From assembly GCA_027459485.1 (NCBI GenBank), contig DAIDIG010000002.1, forward strand, positions 159,597 through 223,596: a stretch of DNA of 64,000 nucleotides. The letters run 5' to 3'. This DNA comes from Bdellovibrionales bacterium (GTDB taxonomy: Bacteria > Bdellovibrionota > Bdellovibrionia > Bdellovibrionales > UBA1609). Shown here piece by piece: positions 55,067-64,000 of this stretch. Below the pieces are notes generated by a model. The model was given only the letters and a program-made list of their open reading frames with translations. It was not told the DNA's origin and made no database searches. The translations under genes and the position numbers were made by a program. How positions within the stretch are numbered: the first letter of the stretch is position 1; each line of letters begins with the position of its first letter.

Positions 55067-56014
55067 ATGAGCGACGACCACGACGAACACCGACAGCACG
55101 ATCATTCGCATCACCATCACCATGGTCATTCTCATGCTCCGAAAGATTTCACCATGGCATTCGCGGTTGCGGTCTCACTCAATCTTGGGTTCGTTATTGT
55201 TGAAGTTGTGTATGGCTACTGGGCAAGTTCACTCGCGCTCATTGCCGACGCCGGTCACAACCTCAGCGATGTCTTGGCACTCGTTCTCGCATGGGGCGCC
55301 ATCTGGCTTTCGAAACGAAAACCATCGGCAATGTATTCATACGGCCTGCGTAGCAGTTCGTTTTTGGCTTCACTCGCCAACTCTATCTTACTTCTCGTCG
55401 TGACCGGCGGGATAATTTGGGAGTCTATCGATCGACTGATTCATCCCACTGTTGTCGCGGCCAATGTCATGATCTGGGTGGCGGCGATCGGAATTTTTGT
55501 CAACGGTATCACGGCGACATTATTTGCGCGCGGTCGCAATTCCGACCTTAATATCCGCACGGCTTATTTTCATATGGCGGCCGACGCTCTTATTTCTCTG
55601 GCCGTTGTGATCGGCGGGCTCATCATCAAGTACACGGGGTGGACGGCGATTGACCCCCTGCTGGGTCTAATCGTCAGCTTTACGATTATTGCCAGTACGT
55701 GGGAGCTGCTGCGAGAATCTATCAATTATGCTCTTCACGCTGTACCCACAGGTATTAGTTATGAGGACGTTTATCGATATTTAAAATCTCTGAAAGGCGT
55801 GGCGAAAATTCATGACCTGCACATTTGGGGCATGAGCACCACCGAAACCGCAATGACCGCGCATTTAATTTGCCCGTCGGGGCACCCAGGTGACGCGTTT
55901 TTGAACAGGATTACGCACGAATTGGCAACGCGTTTTTCTATTCATCACGCAACATTGCAAATTGAAATCGGCGACGGCGCCGCGTGTGCGCTCGAGCCCG
56001 ACGAAGTTGTTTAA
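55067..56014 (+). CDS. Cation diffusion facilitator (CzcD/ZitB-like)
   Basis: His-rich N-terminus; SLALIADAGHNLSD, HMAAD, HDLHIW, H.TLQIE. Confidence 0.95.
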   Translation: MSDDHDEHRQHDHSHHHHHGHSHAPKDFTMAFAVAVSLNLGFVIVEVVYGYWASSLALIADAGHNLSDVLALVLAWGAIWLSKRKPSAMYSYGLRSSSFLASLANSILLLVVTGGIIWESIDRLIHPTVVAANVMIWVAAIGIFVNGITATLFARGRNSDLNIRTAYFHMAADALISLAVVIGGLIIKYTGWTAIDPLLGLIVSFTIIASTWELLRESINYALHAVPTGISYEDVYRYLKSLKGVAKIHDLHIWGMSTTETAMTAHLICPSGHPGDAFLNRITHELATRFSIHHATLQIEIGDGAACALEPDEVV

Positions 56015-56042
56015 ACCGGCCGACTAAAAAAAGGGGGAACTC

Positions 56043-56672
56043 ATGGATACAATCAAATTTTACACCAATCCGTTGTCGCGCGGGCGCATCGCACATTGGA
56101 TGCTCGAAGAAGTCGGAGCTCAATACGATGTCGAGCTGCTGAGTTTTGAAAAGCGCGAGCACAAGAGCCCGAAGTATCTCGAAATCAATCCGCTCGGCAA
56201 GGTGCCCGCAATCGTCCATCGTGGAGTGGCCGTCACAGAAACATGCGCGATTATCGCGTATCTTGCGGAGCTCTACCCGAAGGCCAATCTCGCCCCCGCT
56301 GTCGGCACAGCCGAGCGCGGTGCGTATTATCGTTGGTTGTTTTTCGCGACTGCAACTCTGGAGCCCGCGATTATTGATAAAATGACCAATCGCCCGCAGA
56401 GCGAAAAGACCGGTGCTCTACCGTACGGCACTTATTCAGATACATTCAATGCGCTCGAGAAAATCGTAAGTGAAAACAATTTTCTTATAGGTGATCATTT
56501 CACGGCGGCTGACCTGGCTGTCGCGTCGCAAATCGGTTTTGGCTTGATGGTTAAGGCATTTGATGAGCGACCGGCGTTTAAACAATATGTCGCCCGTTGC
56601 ACCGATCGGCCCGCATTTCAGCGTGTGCAAAAGCTATCAGCTGAATGGGCCGAAAAGCTAAGCGGAAAATGA
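56043..56672 (+). CDS. Glutathione S-transferase family protein
   Basis: SRG..A.WMLEE, INPLGKVP, TETCAI, GD.FTAAD. Confidence 0.94.
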   Translation: MDTIKFYTNPLSRGRIAHWMLEEVGAQYDVELLSFEKREHKSPKYLEINPLGKVPAIVHRGVAVTETCAIIAYLAELYPKANLAPAVGTAERGAYYRWLFFATATLEPAIIDKMTNRPQSEKTGALPYGTYSDTFNALEKIVSENNFLIGDHFTAADLAVASQIGFGLMVKAFDERPAFKQYVARCTDRPAFQRVQKLSAEWAEKLSGK

Positions 56673-57320
56673 GCGTGCTGTTTGAGATGTCATCAGACGC
56701 GATCTGACCGACGCAAGATTCTCAGGCCACAAAGATTCAAGTTTCATTGTGGCTAAATTTTGAGCTTGTTTACCGCGCGTGTATCCTTCGGTGATTCGCT
56801 CAAAAACTTTCGGCAATTCGAGCGGGTTGTAAAATAAAATATGAAGTAGGCCGGCTGTCAGTATGTACATCGAGATCGGAGCATTGAGCTGCGCATACAC
56901 AAAAGCCTGAAGGGCCAATTCGCCTTCGGGCGTGGTATCGTAACCCGTCAGCACATGCCACAAATCATGTGTTTGGCGCATTCTCGCCGCCAAGTAATCG
57001 AGCTCGCTTTCCGGTTCTATTTTCGGAAAGCCATTCGGCTCAAACCCATTCGTATCTAAAAACTTGGCGAGTTCGCGACCGACCGTGCCCTCGGGCAATT
57101 TTCGCAGCTGATCGATCTCGATCAGTTTGTTATATCGCTCGCGCCATAGGCTTATAAAATTCGGATCGTTGAGAATGTTGGCCATGATCCTCTTGGCCGA
57201 TTCTCGCTGGCTGCTGCGGCCGACGTCGCCCATTTCAAAAATCTTTTCGGTTCGAAGTGGATTTCTAACCACCATCAGATAGGCGCGAATGAATTTGATT
57301 TTTTGCCACAGCCTTTTCAT
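56658..57320 (-). CDS. Coq4-family protein
   Basis: LPEGT.G, THDLWHVLTGY.T...GE.ALQAF (HDxxH...E). Confidence 0.88.
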   Translation of the reverse strand: MKRLWQKIKFIRAYLMVVRNPLRTEKIFEMGDVGRSSQRESAKRIMANILNDPNFISLWRERYNKLIEIDQLRKLPEGTVGRELAKFLDTNGFEPNGFPKIEPESELDYLAARMRQTHDLWHVLTGYDTTPEGELALQAFVYAQLNAPISMYILTAGLLHILFYNPLELPKVFERITEGYTRGKQAQNLATMKLESLWPENLASVRSRLMTSQTARSFSA

Positions 57321-57399
57321 AACTTGCCCCCTTGCTGTTGGTTCTACCATAAATTTGTTTTAGTTGAAGTAGAACAGTACATGGCGCTAGACTTTCTAT

Positions 57400-57813
57400 A
57401 TGACATACGTTCGAGGTTTCATCGCCGGTTTTGCTTCAACTCTCATCTTTCACCAAGGCTTACTTGGCCTGCTCTACGTTATGAAGGCGGTGCCGTTTGC
57501 GCCATTTAATATGTCGCCGACTCGACCTTTCGGCGTCCCCTCGGTTGTTTCACTCGCGTTTTTTGGCGGTTTGTGGGGTGTTTTGATCGCCCGCCTCGTG
57601 ATGAACGCCTCAACCACAAAACAATTGTTTCGATGGATCGTTTACGGAGCAATCGGGCCCACTGCCGTTGCGATTTTAGTTGTATTCCCATTGAAGGGCA
57701 TGCGTTTTGAACCACGAATTATACCTGCCGGTTTATTGCTCAACGGATTCTGGGGTCTTGGCTGCAGTTTGATCATGCAGATTCGCGTTCGGCCTAAGGT
57801 GCGCTCCGCCTAG
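57400..57813 (+). CDS. Four-TM hypothetical membrane protein
   Basis: GF.AGF...L.FHQ, PFGVP...SLAF.GG.WG, NG.WG.G. Confidence 0.8.
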   Translation: MTYVRGFIAGFASTLIFHQGLLGLLYVMKAVPFAPFNMSPTRPFGVPSVVSLAFFGGLWGVLIARLVMNASTTKQLFRWIVYGAIGPTAVAILVVFPLKGMRFEPRIIPAGLLLNGFWGLGCSLIMQIRVRPKVRSA

Positions 57814-57837
57814 ATAAACGTCCTGCCAATAAACTAG

Positions 57838-57865
57838 TCAAACTTACCTTGCAGAAGGCCGATAA
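57838..57865 (+). promoter_or_regulatory. Sigma28 (FliA)-type promoter
   Basis: TCAAA-N15-GCCGATAA with a perfect -10 element ending 9 nt before the ATG. Confidence 0.7.
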
Positions 57866-57874
57866 GAAGCCGAT

Positions 57875-60592
57875 ATGTCTAGGCCATTTTCTGCGCGCCT
57901 TTTTATTGTACTTTCGATTTTCGCAATCGGCGCGAATTGCATTGCATTGAACGCTTCGGCCGCGCCTTTTAACACTCAAACGGCTGCCGGCCTTTGTGAG
58001 AATTGCCCGAACGGTCTTGATCAGATCGGCTTTCTTCAAAACTCTCCGCTGGACGCGAACACATTCGGCGTGCTCAGTGGCACCACGAGATCGCTCGATC
58101 GCGACGTCGCCACAAAAACGTGCGCGCAAATCGAGAAATCAAAAGAATGCCAGGATGTCTATGCTGCTATTAAAAAAAGCGGCAATGACCCGGCCGACTA
58201 TCAACTCACTTGCAACGAAAGCGAGATCGCACAGCTCGAAGAAGACGCTTGGTACTATGAACTCGGTGGCCTAGTGGGCGCCGGCGAAACATTGCGGAGT
58301 ATCATTCACCTCCCAGCGGATGCCTGGGATTTCGGTCAGCTAAGCATTCAAAAGCTGAATCAACTCGGCGCTGACATCGGCTCCAAGCTTTATTGCGACA
58401 CCCATGTTCAAGCGAAGAAGCTGCTGTTCGAAGCTTTGAATGAGAACTTCTCACCCGGAGATCAGCTGCCCATTCCGTCTGACAACATGCTCAAGTATGT
58501 GACATGTCATCAAATCAATTACGCCTTTTATTTGCAGAGATTGCACGTGGCCGGCCCGACAATTGCCAAGCCAGGCGAGTATCCGGGGCGAAGTATTGTT
58601 CGGGGTTTGCGCCGTCTTTTAGCGAAAAAGTACAAAACGATGAAAATTCACGCCGAATGCTACAATTCGCGCAAACGCTCTGAAATAGCAGGGGCCACGG
58701 TTATGACTTTGGCTTTGGACGTCGCTCCCGTCGGTTTTGCCAAAAAGCTTGCGCAGATCGCCGGCCTCGTCAAAGTAGCGGAGACGGAAGACCAAATTCT
58801 CGATGCCGCCGAAGTCGCCCGCGGGGCCCTGTCGCGGCCTCACGCGCCCGAAGATCTCAATTTGGCAAAAGCTTTGGTCGATCGCAAATTGCTTACCGAA
58901 CAAGAAAAAGACAGGCTTGTGGCCGATCACGACACGAAGACGTTAACCCATCTTTTGCACGGGGGTAAAATTTCGCGCGACGAATTCGACGAACTCGTCG
59001 ACGCCTTCGGTTCGGTACAGCCCCCACAACATATCACTCGCGAGGTTGAGTACGAATTTGTGCCGAAGGGGGCGGCTCAGGGGGCAAAATCGCGAATCCT
59101 CATACGCTATACAGATTTAAAAAACTACCACGCAATGTCGCTCATTGACCCGGCAACAAAGCAGCCGATCGGGATCGTTCATTACTCGATTCTAGATGAC
59201 GGCAAGACCCTTCATATTAATCTAATTCGCATCAACAAAGTGAATCGCGGCTTCGGTTATTCTGAAATGTTGTTTCAGAGTATATTGAAAGAGCATCCCG
59301 GTATCAAAACCATTACCACCGATTTGGTGGATAAGAATCTTCAGATTTTAAACGATGCGCTCGCTCGCGACATGCCGCTCGAAGATGCGATTAGAGAAAC
59401 GCCAGCTTATAAAGTTAGAAAGCGAATAGGTTTTTCTGACATGACCGTTAAAAAACAAATTGTCGGGCGCACAAAAGACGGGCGAGACGAGGTCATTTAT
59501 TCGATTCACGCCACTCGACCAGAAGCAAGCGCCCGGGCTTATTCCCGATGGGTTGGCGACCCGGTGGCGGTTGCGTCCGAGCAAGTGAGGCGAAAAACAG
59601 ATGAGGCCCTGTTACAACTGAGGCGGATGAACATCGGGCATCACCTCAATTCCGGGATAACGACGGAATTACATCGAATGGCAAATAGCGAAGAAATAAA
59701 CGTGGCAGCGGACGCTCGCGGCTTTCGATATTACGGTGAAATCTATACGGTGGACACTTTACCTAAACCCCTGGCAAAAGGTTCGGCATACACCGAGGCA
59801 CTTTTGCACCCCGAAATGGCAAGATACAGAAAATTGCTAGATAAAATGGGATATCAACTCGTAATCGACACGTCGTTGGGCCCGATGAACACAAAAGGTT
59901 ATGTCTGTGTGAAAAACCGCATACTCGCTCTAGAGCCGACGAGTTCGTGGCAAACCTTCATTCATGAATATCAACACGTCGAATTCGACCACTATATAAA
60001 GCCGCACTTCTTTTCTTTAGAGAACTTAGTGGCCGAAGGTAAAAGCATTAAAGATGTTTTGCCGATTGAGGAGCAAAAGGCGTGGGGGGCGAGACGTGTC
60101 GCTCTTTTGCAAACCCTATTAGAAAAGCAATTGCCCGAGACGGCCGTAAACGAATCACTTTCGGTCGATGCTCAGATTCGCTCACTCGGATTCCATCGCT
60201 TTTTACCAACCGGAGATGCCATGAGCGCCCGATTGTATGCTCTTGAGCATCAGATCACCGAGCTTGAAAAACTCCCTAAGTTGACGGCGACCCAAGAACA
60301 CACGCTTAAACATGCAATAAGAGGATATAAACTGTTTATGTTGCAAGATTACGGTTATCGCATCGGAGCAACGGCCGCTATTGGCGCGGCGGTCGGTGCA
60401 CCGATTTACAATCGCTTGAAACGGCTTCGCAACGCCAAAGCTATCTCGGCGCAAACAACAATTAATCAGCCGAGCGAAGACCCGAATAACTACCGACAGA
60501 TTCTTTACGATAAAAAGGGGGACATTATCGCCCAGACAAACGCTGGCACTTGGGTCCGCTTTCATGCACAGGACCTATCTGCGGCTAAATGA
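57875..60592 (+). CDS. Large secreted multidomain protein (Cys-rich N-terminus, GNAT-like domain, HExxH domain)
   Basis: Signal peptide; LHINLIRI...NRGFGYSEML; FIHEYQH...NE; 905 aa. Confidence 0.75.
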   Translation: MSRPFSARLFIVLSIFAIGANCIALNASAAPFNTQTAAGLCENCPNGLDQIGFLQNSPLDANTFGVLSGTTRSLDRDVATKTCAQIEKSKECQDVYAAIKKSGNDPADYQLTCNESEIAQLEEDAWYYELGGLVGAGETLRSIIHLPADAWDFGQLSIQKLNQLGADIGSKLYCDTHVQAKKLLFEALNENFSPGDQLPIPSDNMLKYVTCHQINYAFYLQRLHVAGPTIAKPGEYPGRSIVRGLRRLLAKKYKTMKIHAECYNSRKRSEIAGATVMTLALDVAPVGFAKKLAQIAGLVKVAETEDQILDAAEVARGALSRPHAPEDLNLAKALVDRKLLTEQEKDRLVADHDTKTLTHLLHGGKISRDEFDELVDAFGSVQPPQHITREVEYEFVPKGAAQGAKSRILIRYTDLKNYHAMSLIDPATKQPIGIVHYSILDDGKTLHINLIRINKVNRGFGYSEMLFQSILKEHPGIKTITTDLVDKNLQILNDALARDMPLEDAIRETPAYKVRKRIGFSDMTVKKQIVGRTKDGRDEVIYSIHATRPEASARAYSRWVGDPVAVASEQVRRKTDEALLQLRRMNIGHHLNSGITTELHRMANSEEINVAADARGFRYYGEIYTVDTLPKPLAKGSAYTEALLHPEMARYRKLLDKMGYQLVIDTSLGPMNTKGYVCVKNRILALEPTSSWQTFIHEYQHVEFDHYIKPHFFSLENLVAEGKSIKDVLPIEEQKAWGARRVALLQTLLEKQLPETAVNESLSVDAQIRSLGFHRFLPTGDAMSARLYALEHQITELEKLPKLTATQEHTLKHAIRGYKLFMLQDYGYRIGATAAIGAAVGAPIYNRLKRLRNAKAISAQTTINQPSEDPNNYRQILYDKKGDIIAQTNAGTWVRFHAQDLSAAK

Positions 60593-60611
60593 TCCACCTT
60601 GTTGGTGCGAA

Positions 60612-61367
60612 CTACTGCGCCGTCCATCCACCATCGACAACCAAAGCGTGGCCAGTTACGAACGAGGCCTCGTCAGAGCACAACCAAAGAACGGCTGATG
60701 CAATTTCTTCTGGTTTGCCCATTCGCCCAATTGGTTCGCTCTTGCTAAGTGAATAGGCTTCTTGCGCATTGCCTCGTGTAAGGCGTTGCACCATTGGCGT
60801 GTCGATGACCCCCGGACAAACGGCATTGATGCGCAATTTCGACTTTGCGTATTCGAGCGCAGCCGTTTTGGTTAAACCGATCACTCCATGTTTGCTTGCC
60901 ACGTATGCCGGTAGGTTCGGAAAGCCGACCAATCCGGCAATTGACGCGCAATTTACAATTAATCCGCCGCTTACTTGTTTGAGCATATGCGGGATTTCAA
61001 ATTTCATGCATAACCAAACACCGCGCAAGTTCACAGTGAGAAGGCGATCCCAGTTTTCGAGCGTGCAGTCGGCCGTCGGGCCTTCGTTACCTTCGACTCC
61101 TGCATTGTTGAATGCGTAATCGAGACTTCCGAATCGCTCAACTGTTTCATCGACTGCAGCTTTAACCTGGTCAGGCTGCGAAACATCACATTTGATGAAT
61201 GCCGCCGAGCCTTTCGCAAGTTTAATCAACTCGACTGTCCTTTCCCCTTCGGCTTCTTGAGTATCCGCAACCGCGACATGTGCGCCACGCCGGGCAAATG
61301 CCAAGGCGGCGGCTCGGCCAATCCCCGAGGCGGCGCCTGTAATAAATGCGGTCTTGTTCGATTTCAT
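60612..61367 (-). CDS. Short-chain dehydrogenase/reductase
   Basis: [26 protein letters not shown]. Confidence 0.96.
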   Translation of the reverse strand: MKSNKTAFITGAASGIGRAAALAFARRGAHVAVADTQEAEGERTVELIKLAKGSAAFIKCDVSQPDQVKAAVDETVERFGSLDYAFNNAGVEGNEGPTADCTLENWDRLLTVNLRGVWLCMKFEIPHMLKQVSGGLIVNCASIAGLVGFPNLPAYVASKHGVIGLTKTAALEYAKSKLRINAVCPGVIDTPMVQRLTRGNAQEAYSLSKSEPIGRMGKPEEIASAVLWLCSDEASFVTGHALVVDGGWTAQ

Positions 61368-61573
61368 TTTTTATCTCCTCACGTCATTTTCGACAGTAGT
61401 TTGAGTTTGCGGCCAGCGATCATAAAGTAGCCACCAGGGCCGGTTCGCGAAATCTATACACCTCAGAAAGTGCGAGACGTTTCTTCATCCCACCTGCAGT
61501 GTAGTGCGGTACGGCGGCGAGCTCTTGTCAAAAAATCTGAACAAGCAAAAAGTCAGCTTTTGCGCATAATTTC

Positions 61574-61978
61574 TTAAAGAGACTTCGAAGGCAGAAGATC
61601 AGCAAGTACTCGGCGCGCATCCGTCTCGGTAAAAATGCCGACCAGTTTGCCGTTGTCGACGACCAGAGCGCACTCATGTTTATATTCAGCCATTTGTTCA
61701 ACGACTTCGCTGAGCGAAGCTTGCGGAGTGGTAACGTATGGATCGAACGTGCACGCATCTTCAACTTTTAGCGTTTCGGCGTTGGCGTTTTTGATACCGA
61801 GTGCTCGGTCGATATCTCGATCGGTAATAACACCAACCAATTCGCCCCCTTTAATTACGGGCAAATGTCTCAGTCTCAACTTGCGCATAAAATCCGCGGC
61901 TTGTGCAATCGTTTGATCGAAGGCTATTGATTTCGGAATGAACGTCATAAATTTTTTAATTTGCGGGCGAGTTCTCAT
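61574..61978 (-). CDS. Stand-alone CBS-pair protein
   Basis: FMT, RHLPV....LVGVITDRD, LVGIFTETD; SD GGAG. Confidence 0.9.
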   Translation of the reverse strand: MRTRPQIKKFMTFIPKSIAFDQTIAQAADFMRKLRLRHLPVIKGGELVGVITDRDIDRALGIKNANAETLKVEDACTFDPYVTTPQASLSEVVEQMAEYKHECALVVDNGKLVGIFTETDARRVLADLLPSKSL

Positions 61979-62014
61979 AGTTGTATCTCCATTTACCGAC
62001 CTACAAAAAAACAA

Positions 62015-62116
62015 TTCAAAAATCTTGCCACTTTTTTTTGAGCAACAAATCAAGTTTAAAACGTTTTAGTGGGCAAAATGTCGCCAATGTCCCAAAGTAG
62101 CTGGTCAAAATGGCGC
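62015..62116 (-). promoter_or_regulatory. Sigma54-like promoter with two activator-like boxes
   Basis: TGGCAA-GATTT-TTGAA at 62030-62015; GGGCAAAATGTCGC at 62071; GGTCAAAATGGCGC at 62103. Confidence 0.45.
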
Positions 62117-62388
62117 AACTGTTTGACAAAGCTTTGCTCAAAAACCGGCACAGTCGGCTAGGCTAATCTGGGCCAAGCTTGAGTCAGATTGGCCCAAAAG
62201 CTGTATGCGCGACGATCTATTAGTTTGGCCGCCAAGTGTTAAACCGGCATCAATTCAATTGCTCTTAGCGGTCAGTTGACTCTCGCTGACAGTTAAGCAT
62301 TCGTGAGAGCTGGGTCTTCTATTTGACTCGCTGGTGCTTCGCCGGCCAAAATATGCTTTTGTGCTGAAGCTTGAGTTTGAGGTAGCCC

Positions 62389-63528
62389 ATGAAACCGTCA
62401 ATTGAGGGTCTGGATTTCAGTCACCTCAAATCCGCCATCGACGAGGCGGCGATTGTCGCGATTACCGATAAACGCGGTATTATTAAATACGTCAATTCGA
62501 AATTTTGCGCGATTTCAAAGTATGCACCTGAGGAGCTCCTTGGCAAGACTCACAAAATCATCAATTCGGGCTACCACCCGAAAGAATATTTTACCGAGAT
62601 GTGGCGGACTATTTCGTCCGGCAAAGTGTGGGAAGGCGAACTTCGCAATCGAGCGAAGGACGGGTCGTATTATTGGGTGCATACGACAATCGTTCCATTT
62701 ATGAACGCTGAGGGCAAGCCGGAGGATTACGTGGCCGTCCGCTACGAAATTACCGAACGAAAACTCGCTGAAGAGCAACTCAAAATCTATTCGAAAAAGC
62801 TTGAGCTCAGCAACCAAGAGTTACAGGATTTCGCCTCAGTCGCAGCTCATGACTTGCAAGAGCCTTTGCGTAAGATCCAGTCTTTCTCTGACAGGCTTAA
62901 AACAAAAGGCCGGGAAGAATTGAAGCCGGAGCTTTTCGATTACCTCGATCGTATACAAAGTTCAGCGGCGCGGATGCAAACTCTGATCAATGATCTGCTT
63001 GCGTTCTCTCGTGTGACGACTCGGGCCCAGCCCTTTATACGTGTCTCGTTAAACGAAATAATGAAGCAAGTCGTGTCGGATCTCGAACTGCGGTTGGAGC
63101 AGTCAGCAGGCCGGGTTGAATGGGATGATCTCCCCTCGATCGATGCCGACGCCACGCAAATGCGTCAGCTCTTTCAAAATTTGATCGGTAATGCATTGAA
63201 ATTCAAAAAGCCTGATCAGTCACCGGTCGTCAGAGTAGAAGCTCACGTTTTGGATTTATCTCCCTTGGGGCGGCCCGGTCCGGCTGTCAAGGTCACTGTC
63301 ACGGACAACGGGATCGGTTTTGACGAAAAATATTTAGATCGCATTTTTACAATATTTCAAAGACTTCATGGCCGGCACGAATTTGAAGGGACCGGCATTG
63401 GCCTCGCCGTTTGCAGAAAAATTGTTGATCGACATGGTGGGCAGATCACGGCAAACTCGTCTCCAGGGCAGGGAGCTAAATTTATCGTGACGCTGCCCAT
63501 GACCCAACCTTCAGGAGTGGCGATATGA
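62389..63528 (+). CDS. Cytoplasmic PAS-domain histidine kinase
   Basis: PAS/PAC (NRAKDG.YYWV), AHDLQEPLRK, NLIGNALKF, DNGIG, GTGIGL. Confidence 0.95.
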   Translation: MKPSIEGLDFSHLKSAIDEAAIVAITDKRGIIKYVNSKFCAISKYAPEELLGKTHKIINSGYHPKEYFTEMWRTISSGKVWEGELRNRAKDGSYYWVHTTIVPFMNAEGKPEDYVAVRYEITERKLAEEQLKIYSKKLELSNQELQDFASVAAHDLQEPLRKIQSFSDRLKTKGREELKPELFDYLDRIQSSAARMQTLINDLLAFSRVTTRAQPFIRVSLNEIMKQVVSDLELRLEQSAGRVEWDDLPSIDADATQMRQLFQNLIGNALKFKKPDQSPVVRVEAHVLDLSPLGRPGPAVKVTVTDNGIGFDEKYLDRIFTIFQRLHGRHEFEGTGIGLAVCRKIVDRHGGQITANSSPGQGAKFIVTLPMTQPSGVAI

Positions 63529-63983
63529 AATTGAACTCACATGTTCCTATTCTTATAGCTGATGACGATCTTGAAGATTGCCAAATGATTAAAGAAGCGT
63601 TTGAAGAAAGCCGTTTAATTAATTCGCTTTACTTCGTGCACGATGGTGAAGAGCTGATGAGCTATCTTCATCATCAAGGTAAATATGAAGATATGAAAAG
63701 GCATCCCACTCCCGGGCTTATACTTCTCGATTTGAATATGCCCCGAAAGGACGGGCGAGAAGCTCTTAAAGAAATAAAGTCGGATGCCAAATTTCGACAG
63801 ATTCCGGTTGTCGTGTTGACGACGTCTCAGGCGGACGAAGATATTTTTCGGACCTATAACCTGGGCGTAAATTCGTTTATTACCAAGCCGGTCGCCTTCG
63901 ATTCGCTCGTCCAAGTGATGCGTGAGTTGGGGCGTTACTGGTTAGAAATAGTCGAACTCCCCGACGGCAAAGACGACAAGTGA
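63525..63983 (+). CDS. Single-domain response regulator (Rcp1-like)
   Basis: ADDD.ED, LLDLNMPRKDG, LTTS, NSFITKP; ATGA overlap with the kinase. Confidence 0.95.
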   Translation: MKLNSHVPILIADDDLEDCQMIKEAFEESRLINSLYFVHDGEELMSYLHHQGKYEDMKRHPTPGLILLDLNMPRKDGREALKEIKSDAKFRQIPVVVLTTSQADEDIFRTYNLGVNSFITKPVAFDSLVQVMRELGRYWLEIVELPDGKDDK

Positions 63984-64000
63984 CCGCTTTTGACTTCAAT

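Noticed and set aside
53940-55140. CAT/CAC and GTG/ATG-rich low-complexity tracts resembling tandem repeats
   Set aside because: Explained by His codons of the two transporters
1-64000. CRISPR arrays, tRNA/rRNA genes, prophage, IS elements, defence islands
   Set aside because: No regularly spaced repeats, cloverleafs, integrases, transposases or phage structural genes seen by eye

Overview
Gene-dense 64-kb bacterial chromosomal window of about 58 CDS. I saw no rRNA, tRNA, CRISPR array, integrase or transposase. Gene content points to a Bdellovibrionota-like predatory bacterium (inference): archaeal-type topoisomerase VI, PilZ proteins, sigma28- and sigma54-type promoters, mitochondrial-type aconitase and many secreted orphans. 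Core genes (topA, prc, pyrE, dcd, fusA, recQ, aat, gloB, grxD/bolA, top6AB, xylFGH, two-component systems) are interspersed with secreted accessory proteins. The strongest unusual signals are five. (1) Enzymes carrying DNA- or replisome-targeting appendages: a HAD phosphatase overlapping topA that ends in the beta-clamp motif QLSLF, a Top6B acidic tail with QLEMEF, an aconitase with a 62-aa histone-H1-like N-terminus, and an XRE-HTH fused to an ABC1/UbiB kinase behind an operator-like repeat. (2) Candidate exported effectors: a signal-peptide PD-(D/E)xK nuclease and a 905-aa GNAT+HExxH polymorphic-toxin-like protein behind a sigma28 promoter. (3) A shared C-S-x-[FIL]-L motif in three unrelated secreted proteins. 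(4) A ~180-nt structured intergenic element between fusA and recQ. (5) An unannotated 28-aa membrane peptide. All calls were made by eye from motifs; no database searches were run.
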